Under the pieces are notes generated by a model. That model was given only the letters and a program-made list of their open reading frames with translations, did not search any database and had not been told where the DNA came from. The position numbers and the translations under genes are program-made. From contig CAZLVP010000011.1 of NCBI GenBank assembly GCA_964563055.1, positions 4,367 through 68,366 on the forward strand: 64,000 nucleotides of DNA. Reading direction: 5' to 3'. This DNA comes from an uncultured Thermoplasmatales archaeon (GTDB taxonomy: Archaea; Thermoplasmatota; Penumbrarchaeia; Penumbrarchaeales; Penumbrarchaeaceae). Below, one piece after another: positions 25,866 to 34,363 of this stretch (position 1 is the first letter of the stretch; each line of letters starts with the position of its first letter).

Positions 25866-27773
25866 GTGAGACCATTGAACGAACTACTTCTGAACGAACC
25901 AGGTAAGAAAATTTTGGTCCTGGGCAACGAAGCGATAGTCAGGGCTGCTGTAGAAGCGGGAGTCAAGGTAGCTGCCACCTATCCAGGGACCCCTTCTTCC
26001 GAAATAGGGAACACACTGCAGGAGATCGCTAAGGACGCAGGGATGTACTTCGAATTCTCTATAAACGAAAAGGTCGCGTTCGAGACCGCAGCGGCAGCGG
26101 CAGCGGCTGGCACCAGGGCCTTTACCTTCATGAAACATGTTGGTCTAAATGTCGCTTCGGATGCCTTCATGACCCTTGCCTACTCCGGGGTCAGAGGGGG
26201 CTTCATCATCCTTTCTGCTGACGATCCCGGGGCACATTCGTCCCAGAACGAACAGGACAACCGCTATTTTGCCAAGATGGGCTATGTCCCCATGCTCGAA
26301 CCATCGAACCCTGACGAAGCGAAGAGGATGATGCTTGCCGGGTTCGAACTATCGGAGAGGTACGGAGAGCCGGTCCTCTTCAGGACCACCACCAGATTGA
26401 ACCATGTCCGGGGCGTCATTGAGCTGGGAGATATCAGACCCCAGGTCGGCAGGGTGCATTTCGAAAAGGATGCGTCCAGGTTCGTCATGGTCCCTTCCAA
26501 CGCCCGCAAGAGACATCTTGTGGTCCTTGAGAACATGGTCAAGCTCAGAGATGCTTCGGAGGTCTCAGAGTGGAACAGGGTCATAGCGACACGGAAGAAG
26601 AACACCAAGGGCGGGCTCAAGCTCGGTCTGATCACATCAGGGGTCTCCTACAATTATATCATGGAAGTACTTGATAACATAGAGCTCGAAGTGGAGGCCA
26701 GGGTGCTAAAGCTCGGTATGACCCATCCGCTCCCGGAGGACATGATATCAGAGTTCTGCCAGAGCTCCGACCTAGTTGTCATGGTAGAAGAGGGTGAGCC
26801 CTTTATTGAGGAAGGCGTGAAGACCATACTTAAAGAGAGGGAGCTGCCAGTTCCGGTCCTTGGAAAGAGAGATGGCTTCTTCCCCATACCCGGGGAGTAC
26901 AATCCTGATGTCGTCCTAAGGGGGCTCTCTGAGGCCCTCTGTGCTTCCGGCCACAATGTCGAGACCATCGAAAATGAAACATTGCCCTGGAAGACCTTGC
27001 CCGAACCCCCCAGGCCTCCCGTTATGTGCGCTGGCTGCCCCCATAGGGCCACTTTCTTTGCCGTAAAAAGGGCGACAAAGGGAAAAGCGGTGTTCCCTAA
27101 CGATATCGGTTGTTATACGCTCGGGATCGCTCCACCCACGAACGTTGGGGACCTCATGGTCTGTATGGGAAGCAGCGTTGGGACCGCAGGAGGTCTCTCA
27201 AGGGTCGTCGATGAACCTGTCATAGGCTTCATTGGTGATTCCACCTTCTTCCATTCTGGGGTCCCGGGCCTGCTGAGCGCGGTCCACAATGGCCACAGGT
27301 TCGTCCTGAACATAATGGACAATGCGGCGACGGCAATGACGGGACATCAACCCCACCCCGGCCTCCCGCTCAACGGGATGAACGAGGAGGCAAAGGCCAT
27401 CAGCCTGGAGAAGGTCTGCAAGGGAGTGGGGGTAGAGTTCATCAGGACCGTCAATCCCTTGAACATCAAGGAGACCCAGAAAGCGTTCGAGGAGGCCCTG
27501 GCCTATGAGGGGGTCTCGGTCGTCATAACGAAGTCTCCTTGTGCCCTGCTCCTTGAAAGGAACCTTGCAAGAAGGAGTATCAAGAGGAAGCGCTACGAGG
27601 TCTATCAGGACATATGCAAGCGCTGCGATGTCTGCACCAAGACCTTTGCCTGCCCGGCCTTCTACAAGGTCGGCAAGGACCATTTCATAGACCCTGAGCT
27701 CTGCTGGTCCTGTGGTGTCTGCGAGCAGATCTGTCCCTTCCATGCCATGGGCCCTATAAAGGGGAGTGATTGA
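25866..27773 (+). CDS. iorA: Indolepyruvate:ferredoxin oxidoreductase alpha subunit (copy 1)
   Basis: 635 aa. GNEAIVRAAVEAGVKVAATYPGTPSSEI, CAGCPHRA, GDSTFFHSG, and a C-terminal CKRCDVCTKTFACP / CWSCGVCEQICP. GTG start. Confidence 0.85.
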   Translation: MRPLNELLLNEPGKKILVLGNEAIVRAAVEAGVKVAATYPGTPSSEIGNTLQEIAKDAGMYFEFSINEKVAFETAAAAAAAGTRAFTFMKHVGLNVASDAFMTLAYSGVRGGFIILSADDPGAHSSQNEQDNRYFAKMGYVPMLEPSNPDEAKRMMLAGFELSERYGEPVLFRTTTRLNHVRGVIELGDIRPQVGRVHFEKDASRFVMVPSNARKRHLVVLENMVKLRDASEVSEWNRVIATRKKNTKGGLKLGLITSGVSYNYIMEVLDNIELEVEARVLKLGMTHPLPEDMISEFCQSSDLVVMVEEGEPFIEEGVKTILKERELPVPVLGKRDGFFPIPGEYNPDVVLRGLSEALCASGHNVETIENETLPWKTLPEPPRPPVMCAGCPHRATFFAVKRATKGKAVFPNDIGCYTLGIAPPTNVGDLMVCMGSSVGTAGGLSRVVDEPVIGFIGDSTFFHSGVPGLLSAVHNGHRFVLNIMDNAATAMTGHQPHPGLPLNGMNEEAKAISLEKVCKGVGVEFIRTVNPLNIKETQKAFEEALAYEGVSVVITKSPCALLLERNLARRSIKRKRYEVYQDICKRCDVCTKTFACPAFYKVGKDHFIDPELCWSCGVCEQICPFHAMGPIKGSD

Positions 27774-28389
27774 AATGGTGCGAAAGAATGCTGATGCTTT
27801 TACCATCCAGATCGTTGGCGTCGGAGGGCAGGGAGCCTTGACCGTTTCAAAGGCCATAGGGAACGCGGCTATGAAGAAGGACATACCCATAATCATTTCC
27901 GAGATCCACGGGATGGCCCAAAGAGGCGGGGTGGTCCAAACGACCATTCGATTGGGGAGTACGGTCTCTCCTCTCCCCTTCGCTTCCGATATGACCATAC
28001 TCCTGGGAATGGAGCCTCTTGAGGTCTACAGGGCCAGAGAGCAGATAACAAGCGAGACTGTGGTGGTGTTCAGCGAGGACCCCATCAGGCCTGTGAGCGT
28101 CAGTTCCGGCGGATCGCCCTATCCTGATGTGAAGGAGATAATCGAGGAAGTGAGGGGTAAGGCCCAGTGCGTCTATCATCTCTCCGCCAGGGATAAGGCC
28201 AAGCTAGCAGGTAACGATAAGACCACCAATATAGTCATGCTAGGGGCGATCATGGGGACCGGGGTCCTTCCTTTCACGAAGGAGGAGATGCGTGGGTCCG
28301 TCAGCGCTTCCGTCCCCAAGAGAGCGCTCGAGGCAAACCTTAAAGCCTTCGACCTTGGATACGAGGCCGTCCATGGCTCTTGCAGGTGA
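27766..28389 (+). CDS. iorB: Indolepyruvate:ferredoxin oxidoreductase beta subunit (copy 1)
   Basis: IQIVGVGGQGALTVSKAIGNAAM..IPIIISEIHGMAQRGGVV. Overlaps the iorA stop. Confidence 0.8.
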   Translation: MIEMVRKNADAFTIQIVGVGGQGALTVSKAIGNAAMKKDIPIIISEIHGMAQRGGVVQTTIRLGSTVSPLPFASDMTILLGMEPLEVYRAREQITSETVVVFSEDPIRPVSVSSGGSPYPDVKEIIEEVRGKAQCVYHLSARDKAKLAGNDKTTNIVMLGAIMGTGVLPFTKEEMRGSVSASVPKRALEANLKAFDLGYEAVHGSCR

Positions 28390-29362
28390 ACGAAGGATAG
28401 GCATAACCACCACAGTCCCGCTGGAACCGTTCCTTGCCTCGGGCAGGGTCCCGGTGGACATGAACAACATCTTCATAGCGGACGCTTCGTGCCGGGACCT
28501 TGTGGAGGAGGCGCAGGCCGATGGGTTCCCCCGCAACATCTGCTCCTGGATAAAGGGCCTCCATTCTGTCTCCTCGAAGGTGGATGCCGTCGTGGGAGTG
28601 GTCAGGGGGGATTGTTCAAACTCTGAATCCCTTCTGGAGGACCTCAATAGGTCAGGGAGGCCCGTTCACGGATTCTCCTATCCGATTGACAGGGGCAGGA
28701 CAGGGATGGAAGGGGAGATCGCCAAACTCTGCTCTTTCCTGGGCTGTTCAATGGAAGAGGCGGCTGACGCGGCGGGAAGGCTTGAGGATCTGAGGGAGCT
28801 TGCCAGGGAGGCCGACCGGCTCAGGTGGGAGACGCTCAGGCTCAGCGCCCAGGAGGCCCATGTTGCCCAGATCTCCTGTTCCGACCTGGACTCCGACCCT
28901 CTGCGATGGGAGCGTTCCATTAAGGAGATGCTCAAGAACGCGGCTGGGAGGGAGCCTCAAGAGGACGGTGTCAGGCTCGGGTTCATAGGGGTGCCCCCTA
29001 TCATCACCGACATCTTCCCCCGCATCGAGGCGCTGGGGGGGCGGACCGTGTTCTTCGAGGTCCAGAGACAGTTCACCATGCCTGCCGGTAAGGATTGGGT
29101 GGACAGGTACCTGAATTATACTTACCCCTACGACATCCAGCTTAGGATAGATGATATCCGGAGTGAGGTCGGGCGCAGGAGGATCGACGGCCTGGTGCAC
29201 TATGTCCAATCGTTCTGCCACAGGCAGATGGACGACAGGATGTTCAGGAGGGGGCTGGACATACCTATCCTCACCATCGAGGGGAACCTCCCCGGTAAGA
29301 TGGACGAGCGGACCGCCATCAGACTGGAATCGTTCCTTGACATGCTGGGAGGTCTCCCATGA
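28373..29362 (+). CDS. 2-hydroxyacyl-CoA dehydratase D-component-like (HgdB/BcrC/DCCP superfamily) protein, single subunit
   Basis: Start set to ATG 28373 (MALAGERRIGITTTVP...). Conserved-looking Cys contexts NICSWIKG, RGDCSNS, and IDGLVHYVQSFCHRQ...IPILTIEGN match the HGD-D family C-terminus. Confidence 0.6.
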   Translation: MALAGERRIGITTTVPLEPFLASGRVPVDMNNIFIADASCRDLVEEAQADGFPRNICSWIKGLHSVSSKVDAVVGVVRGDCSNSESLLEDLNRSGRPVHGFSYPIDRGRTGMEGEIAKLCSFLGCSMEEAADAAGRLEDLRELAREADRLRWETLRLSAQEAHVAQISCSDLDSDPLRWERSIKEMLKNAAGREPQEDGVRLGFIGVPPIITDIFPRIEALGGRTVFFEVQRQFTMPAGKDWVDRYLNYTYPYDIQLRIDDIRSEVGRRRIDGLVHYVQSFCHRQMDDRMFRRGLDIPILTIEGNLPGKMDERTAIRLESFLDMLGGLP

Positions 29363-30153
29363 CGCTATCGGGGATGCTCAAAGCCCTCCGGAACTCACCC
29401 GAAGGCTCCCGCGTGGGGATCGATATGGGCTCCAGGTCCGTCAAAGCGGCTGTCATGACGGATGCAGGGACGTCCCTCTTCATAACGGACACGACAGAGC
29501 TTCTGGCGGACATTGACGGGGTCAAGGTCGGTCCCGGCGTGGAGCTGGTATCCACCGGTTACGGGAGGAAGCTCGTGAGCGCCCGCAGGTCTATACCGGA
29601 GGTGAGGGCCCATGCCCTCGGGGCGGCGAAAGCGTTGGACCTCACCACCTTCACGCTTCTCGACATAGGAGGTCAGGACATGAAGGTCATACGGGTCGAG
29701 GGCTCTGTCCTCAGGGACTTCTCCATGAACGACAAGTGCGCCGCCGGCACGGGCAGGTTCCTTGAAAAGATGGCATCGATGCTGGGGATGAGCGTTCAGG
29801 AGCTCTCATCCCACAAGGGTGGAAGGAAGCTCCTCGAGTCAACCTGCTCCGTCTTCACCGAGACCGAGATAATCGACCTCCTGGTGAGGAAGGTCCCCAG
29901 GGACGAGATCGCATCGGGGGTGGTCCACTCCGTATACGAGAGGGTGAGGCCGCATCTGAGGGCGTTCCCGCTCGATGTTCTCGTCTTCACCGGAGGCGTG
30001 TCCCTGGGAAGAGGGCTCCGGGAGACACTAGAGGAAGGATTGGGGATAGAGGTCATGGTCCCCCCTGACCCACAGTTCACAGGTGCGATCGGGTGCACCC
30101 TGGCAATGACCGAGCGCAGCAGGGTGCAGGGAAGACCGCAACCCCTCCGATAA
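29359..30153 (+). CDS. BadF/BadG/BcrA/BcrD-type ATPase; activase of 2-hydroxyacyl-CoA dehydratase (HgdC-like)
   Basis: GIDMGSRSVKAAVM, DIGGQDMKVI, NDKCAAGTGRFLE (cluster-bridging Cys context), FTGGVS. Its start overlaps the upstream stop. Confidence 0.8.
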   Translation: MTLSGMLKALRNSPEGSRVGIDMGSRSVKAAVMTDAGTSLFITDTTELLADIDGVKVGPGVELVSTGYGRKLVSARRSIPEVRAHALGAAKALDLTTFTLLDIGGQDMKVIRVEGSVLRDFSMNDKCAAGTGRFLEKMASMLGMSVQELSSHKGGRKLLESTCSVFTETEIIDLLVRKVPRDEIASGVVHSVYERVRPHLRAFPLDVLVFTGGVSLGRGLRETLEEGLGIEVMVPPDPQFTGAIGCTLAMTERSRVQGRPQPLR

Positions 30154-30166
30154 TGTCATCATAAGA

Positions 30167-32497
30167 TTGATTAGCAGGCTCTCCCCTGACCCGGCGATGA
30201 GGGTGAAATGGGGTGCCCTGCTGTCCGTCCTTGCAGTGTTGCTTCTCCTCGGTAGCGCTTTCCATCTTCTTTTCTCCCGAGAGGACCGCGAACATTTCCG
30301 TTCAAGAATGGACCGGGAGGCGCATAGTATTGAGGGTGGGGTTGTCTGGATCTCCCACAAGGTCAAGGGTGACGGGTTCAAGGTCCTCATGGACAGGGGC
30401 TGGGAGGACGTCCTTGTCAAGGGTGTGAACATGGGCATTTCCAAACCAGGCCATCTGCCAGGGGAATGCTCCATAACCTACGAGGAGTACTACAGATGGT
30501 TCGGGCTCATATCGGATTTGGGAGCCAATACCATCAGGGTCTATACCGTGCATCCTCCTGACTTCTACAGGGCACTGTACGAACACAATCGGAGGGCCAA
30601 AGAGCCGCTCTTCCTCCTCCAGGGCATCTACTATTCGGAGGATATCCTCTTATCGAGCGGAGACCCCTTTGATGCTGATGTGAACCACTCGTTCATGAAG
30701 GCCATCGAAAGGACCATAGACGTCATCCACGGGAAGGCGGAGATAGCTCCGACCCCGGGGAACGCTTCAGGGTCATTCCGTGTCGATGTCTCCGATCATG
30801 TCATCGGCATAGTGATCGGGATCGAATGGGACCCTATGCTGGTCAAGGGGACGATCGAGTCATACCCGGAGATAACGCGTATGAAGGGGTCGTTCCTGGA
30901 AGTGGGGGACGGTAACGCCTTCGAGGTCTGGTTGGCTCACATGATGGACCATACAGCTCGATATGAGACGGAGATGTACTCCGAGCAGAGACCGCTAAGC
31001 TTCATCAACTGGCCAACGACGGACAAGTACGACCATCCTTACGAGTCGTTCTATCACGAGGACCTAGTTTCGCTGGACCCGGACGTCATGGTCCCCACAT
31101 GGAACATGGTCCCGGGGCTCTTTGCCACATACCATGTATACCCGTACTATCCGGACTTCATGACGCTGGAACCTGAATACCTGGACTATCTCGATGCCGA
31201 GGGGAAGAAGGACAATTATGCCGGATACCTCCATGAGCTAAAGACGACACATTCCATGCCCGTCCTCATAGGCGAGTTCGGGGTCCCATCCTCCCGTGGA
31301 ATTGCACATGAAGGTCTCGATGGCAGGGACCACGGGCACATGACGGAGGAGGAGCAGGGTCAGGTCCTCTCGGAACTGTTCAGGTGCATCGTCTCCGAAG
31401 GCCTGGCCGGAGGTCTCATCTTCTCCTGGCAGGATGAATGGTTCAAGAGGACATGGAACACAATGGACCTGACGGAACCGGACAGGAGGGCCTGCTGGAT
31501 GGACGTTCAGACCTGCGAGCAGCATTTCGGACTGCTGGCGTTCGACCCTGCATCGCCCGGGACCAGGACGATCGATGGGAACGATGCTGATTGGGAGGAG
31601 GGTTCGACCAGCCTGTTCCTAAAGGATGGAGGTCCATTGAACCCGCTCGGGGACGGCTTCGACCAGCAGAGGACGATAGAGGGACTCAGGATATCGAACG
31701 ATGAGGCCTACATCTACATAGGGTTAGGGACCGGGGCGACCAGCGGGTCGAACTGGGATATGGTGAACATGCTCGTCCTCATCGATACCATGAAGGGGCA
31801 AGGCTCGACCGAAGTACCGTTCGGAACAGGTCTCGGGAACGAGGTCGGGTTCGATTTCGTCGTTCAGATAAAGGGAGAGAACGGCTCGAGGGTCATGGTC
31901 GACAGCTACTACGACCTGCACGGTCACAGGAACGGCCATCAGCTGGGTCTGATCGAGGAGGCGCCCTATGCAAGCATCAAGGACAACGGGGTGTTCCATC
32001 CGATCCTGTTCACCGTGAACAGAGGGTTCTGGGTCCCTGCATCCGGCCAGTATATCCCATACAGAGCATTCGATGCGGGGGAGTTGAGATGGGGTGGATC
32101 CGATAGACCCTCGGAGACCTGCAGCTCCCTTACCGATATCTGCTCTTCGAGGAACGGGTCCTTCATAGAGCTCAGGTTGCCCTATCTCCTCCTCAATTTC
32201 AGGGACCCCAGCACCCGAAGCGTCAACGGGGACCCCTGGACGGAGGGTTTCGGATCGAGCAGGGTCATTGATGGCATCCGGCTGGCCGTCGTTACGTTCA
32301 AGCCGGGGTCCGACGGTAACGCCACAGGGGTCGCAGGTCCGCTGAAGGTCACCGACTCCCTGCCTGCTCCCGTTGACGGGGAATTAAAGTGGGACAGCCT
32401 GCCGTTCCATTCATGGAGCGGTTGGGAGGTCCCCCGGTACACAGAGAGGACGAAGGGGTCCTATCTCGCTGTCAAAGAGGCTTTCTCAGATAATTGA
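30167..32497 (+). CDS. Membrane-anchored extracytoplasmic protein with an N-terminal glycoside-hydrolase-like TIM-barrel region (family uncertain)
   Basis: N-terminal anchor WGALLSVLAVLLLLGSAF. VKGVNMGISKPG...ANTIRVYTVHPPDFY, LIGEFGVPSS and FSWQDEW resemble clan GH-A (beta/alpha)8 strand-4 and strand-7 acid/nucleophile contexts. ATG 30197 is the likelier start. Confidence 0.45.
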   Translation: MISRLSPDPAMRVKWGALLSVLAVLLLLGSAFHLLFSREDREHFRSRMDREAHSIEGGVVWISHKVKGDGFKVLMDRGWEDVLVKGVNMGISKPGHLPGECSITYEEYYRWFGLISDLGANTIRVYTVHPPDFYRALYEHNRRAKEPLFLLQGIYYSEDILLSSGDPFDADVNHSFMKAIERTIDVIHGKAEIAPTPGNASGSFRVDVSDHVIGIVIGIEWDPMLVKGTIESYPEITRMKGSFLEVGDGNAFEVWLAHMMDHTARYETEMYSEQRPLSFINWPTTDKYDHPYESFYHEDLVSLDPDVMVPTWNMVPGLFATYHVYPYYPDFMTLEPEYLDYLDAEGKKDNYAGYLHELKTTHSMPVLIGEFGVPSSRGIAHEGLDGRDHGHMTEEEQGQVLSELFRCIVSEGLAGGLIFSWQDEWFKRTWNTMDLTEPDRRACWMDVQTCEQHFGLLAFDPASPGTRTIDGNDADWEEGSTSLFLKDGGPLNPLGDGFDQQRTIEGLRISNDEAYIYIGLGTGATSGSNWDMVNMLVLIDTMKGQGSTEVPFGTGLGNEVGFDFVVQIKGENGSRVMVDSYYDLHGHRNGHQLGLIEEAPYASIKDNGVFHPILFTVNRGFWVPASGQYIPYRAFDAGELRWGGSDRPSETCSSLTDICSSRNGSFIELRLPYLLLNFRDPSTRSVNGDPWTEGFGSSRVIDGIRLAVVTFKPGSDGNATGVAGPLKVTDSLPAPVDGELKWDSLPFHSWSGWEVPRYTERTKGSYLAVKEAFSDN

Positions 32498-32693
32498 CAT
32501 CCTGGATACAATTCCAGCCTGTGATAACAAAAATCCAATGCGGCATAGAACATTTACGTCGATTTATGCGAAGTATTATATATACCATGAAAAAAAGTAC
32601 AGAATGTTTAAAAACTGATTTATATCACGATTTAGTATTCCGTCCTACCGGTTGGACCTTCGGGTCCCTGCCGGTTTCCATGGGGGGTCAATA

Positions 32694-34307
32694 ATGAGGA
32701 CGATGTACATTACGACAGCAGCGCTGATAATATTTGGGCTATGCATAGGGTCCGGGTTCCTGACAATATCCGCTGAGGCGGCAGGTCCGTGGACGGGAGA
32801 CATCACCATCAACTCGGATGGATCGATATCGCCTGCAGGTGCACCTTTGAAAGCGAAGAACGGAGATTACAGGCTCACACAGGACATCGTCGGAACGGTA
32901 TCCATCTACTGCTCCGGTATTACGTTCAAGGGGGACGGTTATGGACTGACCGGAAAAGGCTCTGGTTACGGGATCTATCTTTACATGGTCAATGGCGTCT
33001 GCGTCAAGGACCTCTCCGTTATAGGATTCTATCATGGTATTGTACTTGAGAATTCCGACGAAAATGTGCTGAAGAACCTATTCGTCGGATACAATGCTAT
33101 GCGTGGCATCTATCTTACCTATTCTGATTACAATGACATCAAGGACATTGACATACACTACAACATGGCGGGAGTGTACCTTGACAATTCCCATTACAAT
33201 ACGTTCAAGGATAACTACGTGCATGATAACAACAAAGCTGCCCCGGGATTGTACCTTCGATATTCAGATTACAATACCGTCAAGGACAATACCATCGAAG
33301 GTAGCTATTATGGCATATACCCCTATTATTCAGATTACAACAAGTTCTTTGAAAACACGATATATGATTGTTATTACGGCTTCTATCTAAGCATATCCTA
33401 CTACAACCTGCTCAAGGAGAACACGATCTACGGGACCAACTATGGAACAAGGACCTACATCTCACAGTACAACACCCTCGAAGGTAACATTATCCACAGC
33501 AGCAATTATGGAATATTCTTCGGAGGGTCGGACAATAACGAGGCGATAGGGAACACAATATTTGATAACACCGTGTGCGGGATCTATTCCTGGTACTCCT
33601 ATTACATGTTGATCTCGGACAATGAATGCTCGAACGCCCAGGCAGGGATATACCTTGGTTATTCACATTACAGCACTGTGGAGAAGAACATAGCACATCA
33701 CAATTCGTACCAGGGTATCTACCTCTATCACACGGACCAGAGCGATGTCAGGTACAATGAAGCACATCACGACAAGGCAGGTATCAGGGCCGAATACTCC
33801 AATGACAATTCGATCTGTGAAAATAACGTATACGACAACAAGGTCGTCGGGATCTATCTGGAATATTCGGAGGACAACCTTGTTCTTGACAATCATGCAT
33901 CCGGGTCCGAAGGGGACGAGACCGTTGATGATTCCGGATGTGGGATATGGGCGAACCAGGAATCCAACCTCGAGATCAAGGGCAACCATGTCTATGACAA
34001 CTTCAACATAGGTATCTATCTCGATCGGACGTCCGATAGCATGGTCCTCGAGAACGTCGTTACGGAAAACACCATGGGCATATGCCTCAGCGGGGACAAC
34101 AATCAGGTCCATTACAATGACCTGATCGATAACGATGAACCTCAAGCTGAGGACCTGGGCGACTCGAACGATTGGGACGATGGCGATGGGATGGGCAACT
34201 ACTGGTCCGACTACGAAGGGGAGGACACCGACCACGACGGGGTCGGAGATACCGACCTCCCCCATGCAGGAGTTGACTACTACCCGCTTATGGAGCCGTA
34301 CAATTGA
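32694..34307 (+). CDS. Secreted right-handed parallel beta-helix repeat protein (PbH1/NosD-like)
   Basis: Signal peptide MRTMYITTAALIIFGLCIGSGFLTISAEA. About 15 tandem 22-23-aa repeats of the type G(I/V)YL.YS.YN.(I/V).(D/E)N. C-terminal Asp-rich DTDHDGVGDTD segment. Confidence 0.75.
   Translation: MRTMYITTAALIIFGLCIGSGFLTISAEAAGPWTGDITINSDGSISPAGAPLKAKNGDYRLTQDIVGTVSIYCSGITFKGDGYGLTGKGSGYGIYLYMVNGVCVKDLSVIGFYHGIVLENSDENVLKNLFVGYNAMRGIYLTYSDYNDIKDIDIHYNMAGVYLDNSHYNTFKDNYVHDNNKAAPGLYLRYSDYNTVKDNTIEGSYYGIYPYYSDYNKFFENTIYDCYYGFYLSISYYNLLKENTIYGTNYGTRTYISQYNTLEGNIIHSSNYGIFFGGSDNNEAIGNTIFDNTVCGIYSWYSYYMLISDNECSNAQAGIYLGYSHYSTVEKNIAHHNSYQGIYLYHTDQSDVRYNEAHHDKAGIRAEYSNDNSICENNVYDNKVVGIYLEYSEDNLVLDNHASGSEGDETVDDSGCGIWANQESNLEIKGNHVYDNFNIGIYLDRTSDSMVLENVVTENTMGICLSGDNNQVHYNDLIDNDEPQAEDLGDSNDWDDGDGMGNYWSDYEGEDTDHDGVGDTDLPHAGVDYYPLMEPYN
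33040..34110 (+). repeat. Degenerate tandem 66-69-nt coding repeats (beta-helix coils)
   Basis: Recurring strings such as tattctgattacaatgacatcaaggac, tattcagattacaataccgtcaaggac and tattcagattacaacaagttctttgaa. They lie entirely inside the CDS and in frame. Confidence 0.7.
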
Positions 34308-34328
34308 GACTGCCCTAAGAACCTGGAA

Positions 34329-34363
34329 GAGGGATCACGTCCAGATCCCTCCATTTTTTTTTT
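34329..34363 (+). terminator. Hairpin plus T10 terminator after the beta-helix protein gene
   Basis: GAGGGATC-ACGTCCA-GATCCCTC perfect 8-bp stem (34329-34351) followed by T10 (34354-34363), between convergent genes. Confidence 0.55.

Noticed and set aside
33040-34110. Periodic ~66-69-nt repeats that could be mistaken for a CRISPR-like or satellite array
   Set aside because: The repeats are degenerate and contiguous without unique spacers, and they lie in frame within a signal-peptide-bearing ORF. They encode 22-23-aa beta-helix coils.
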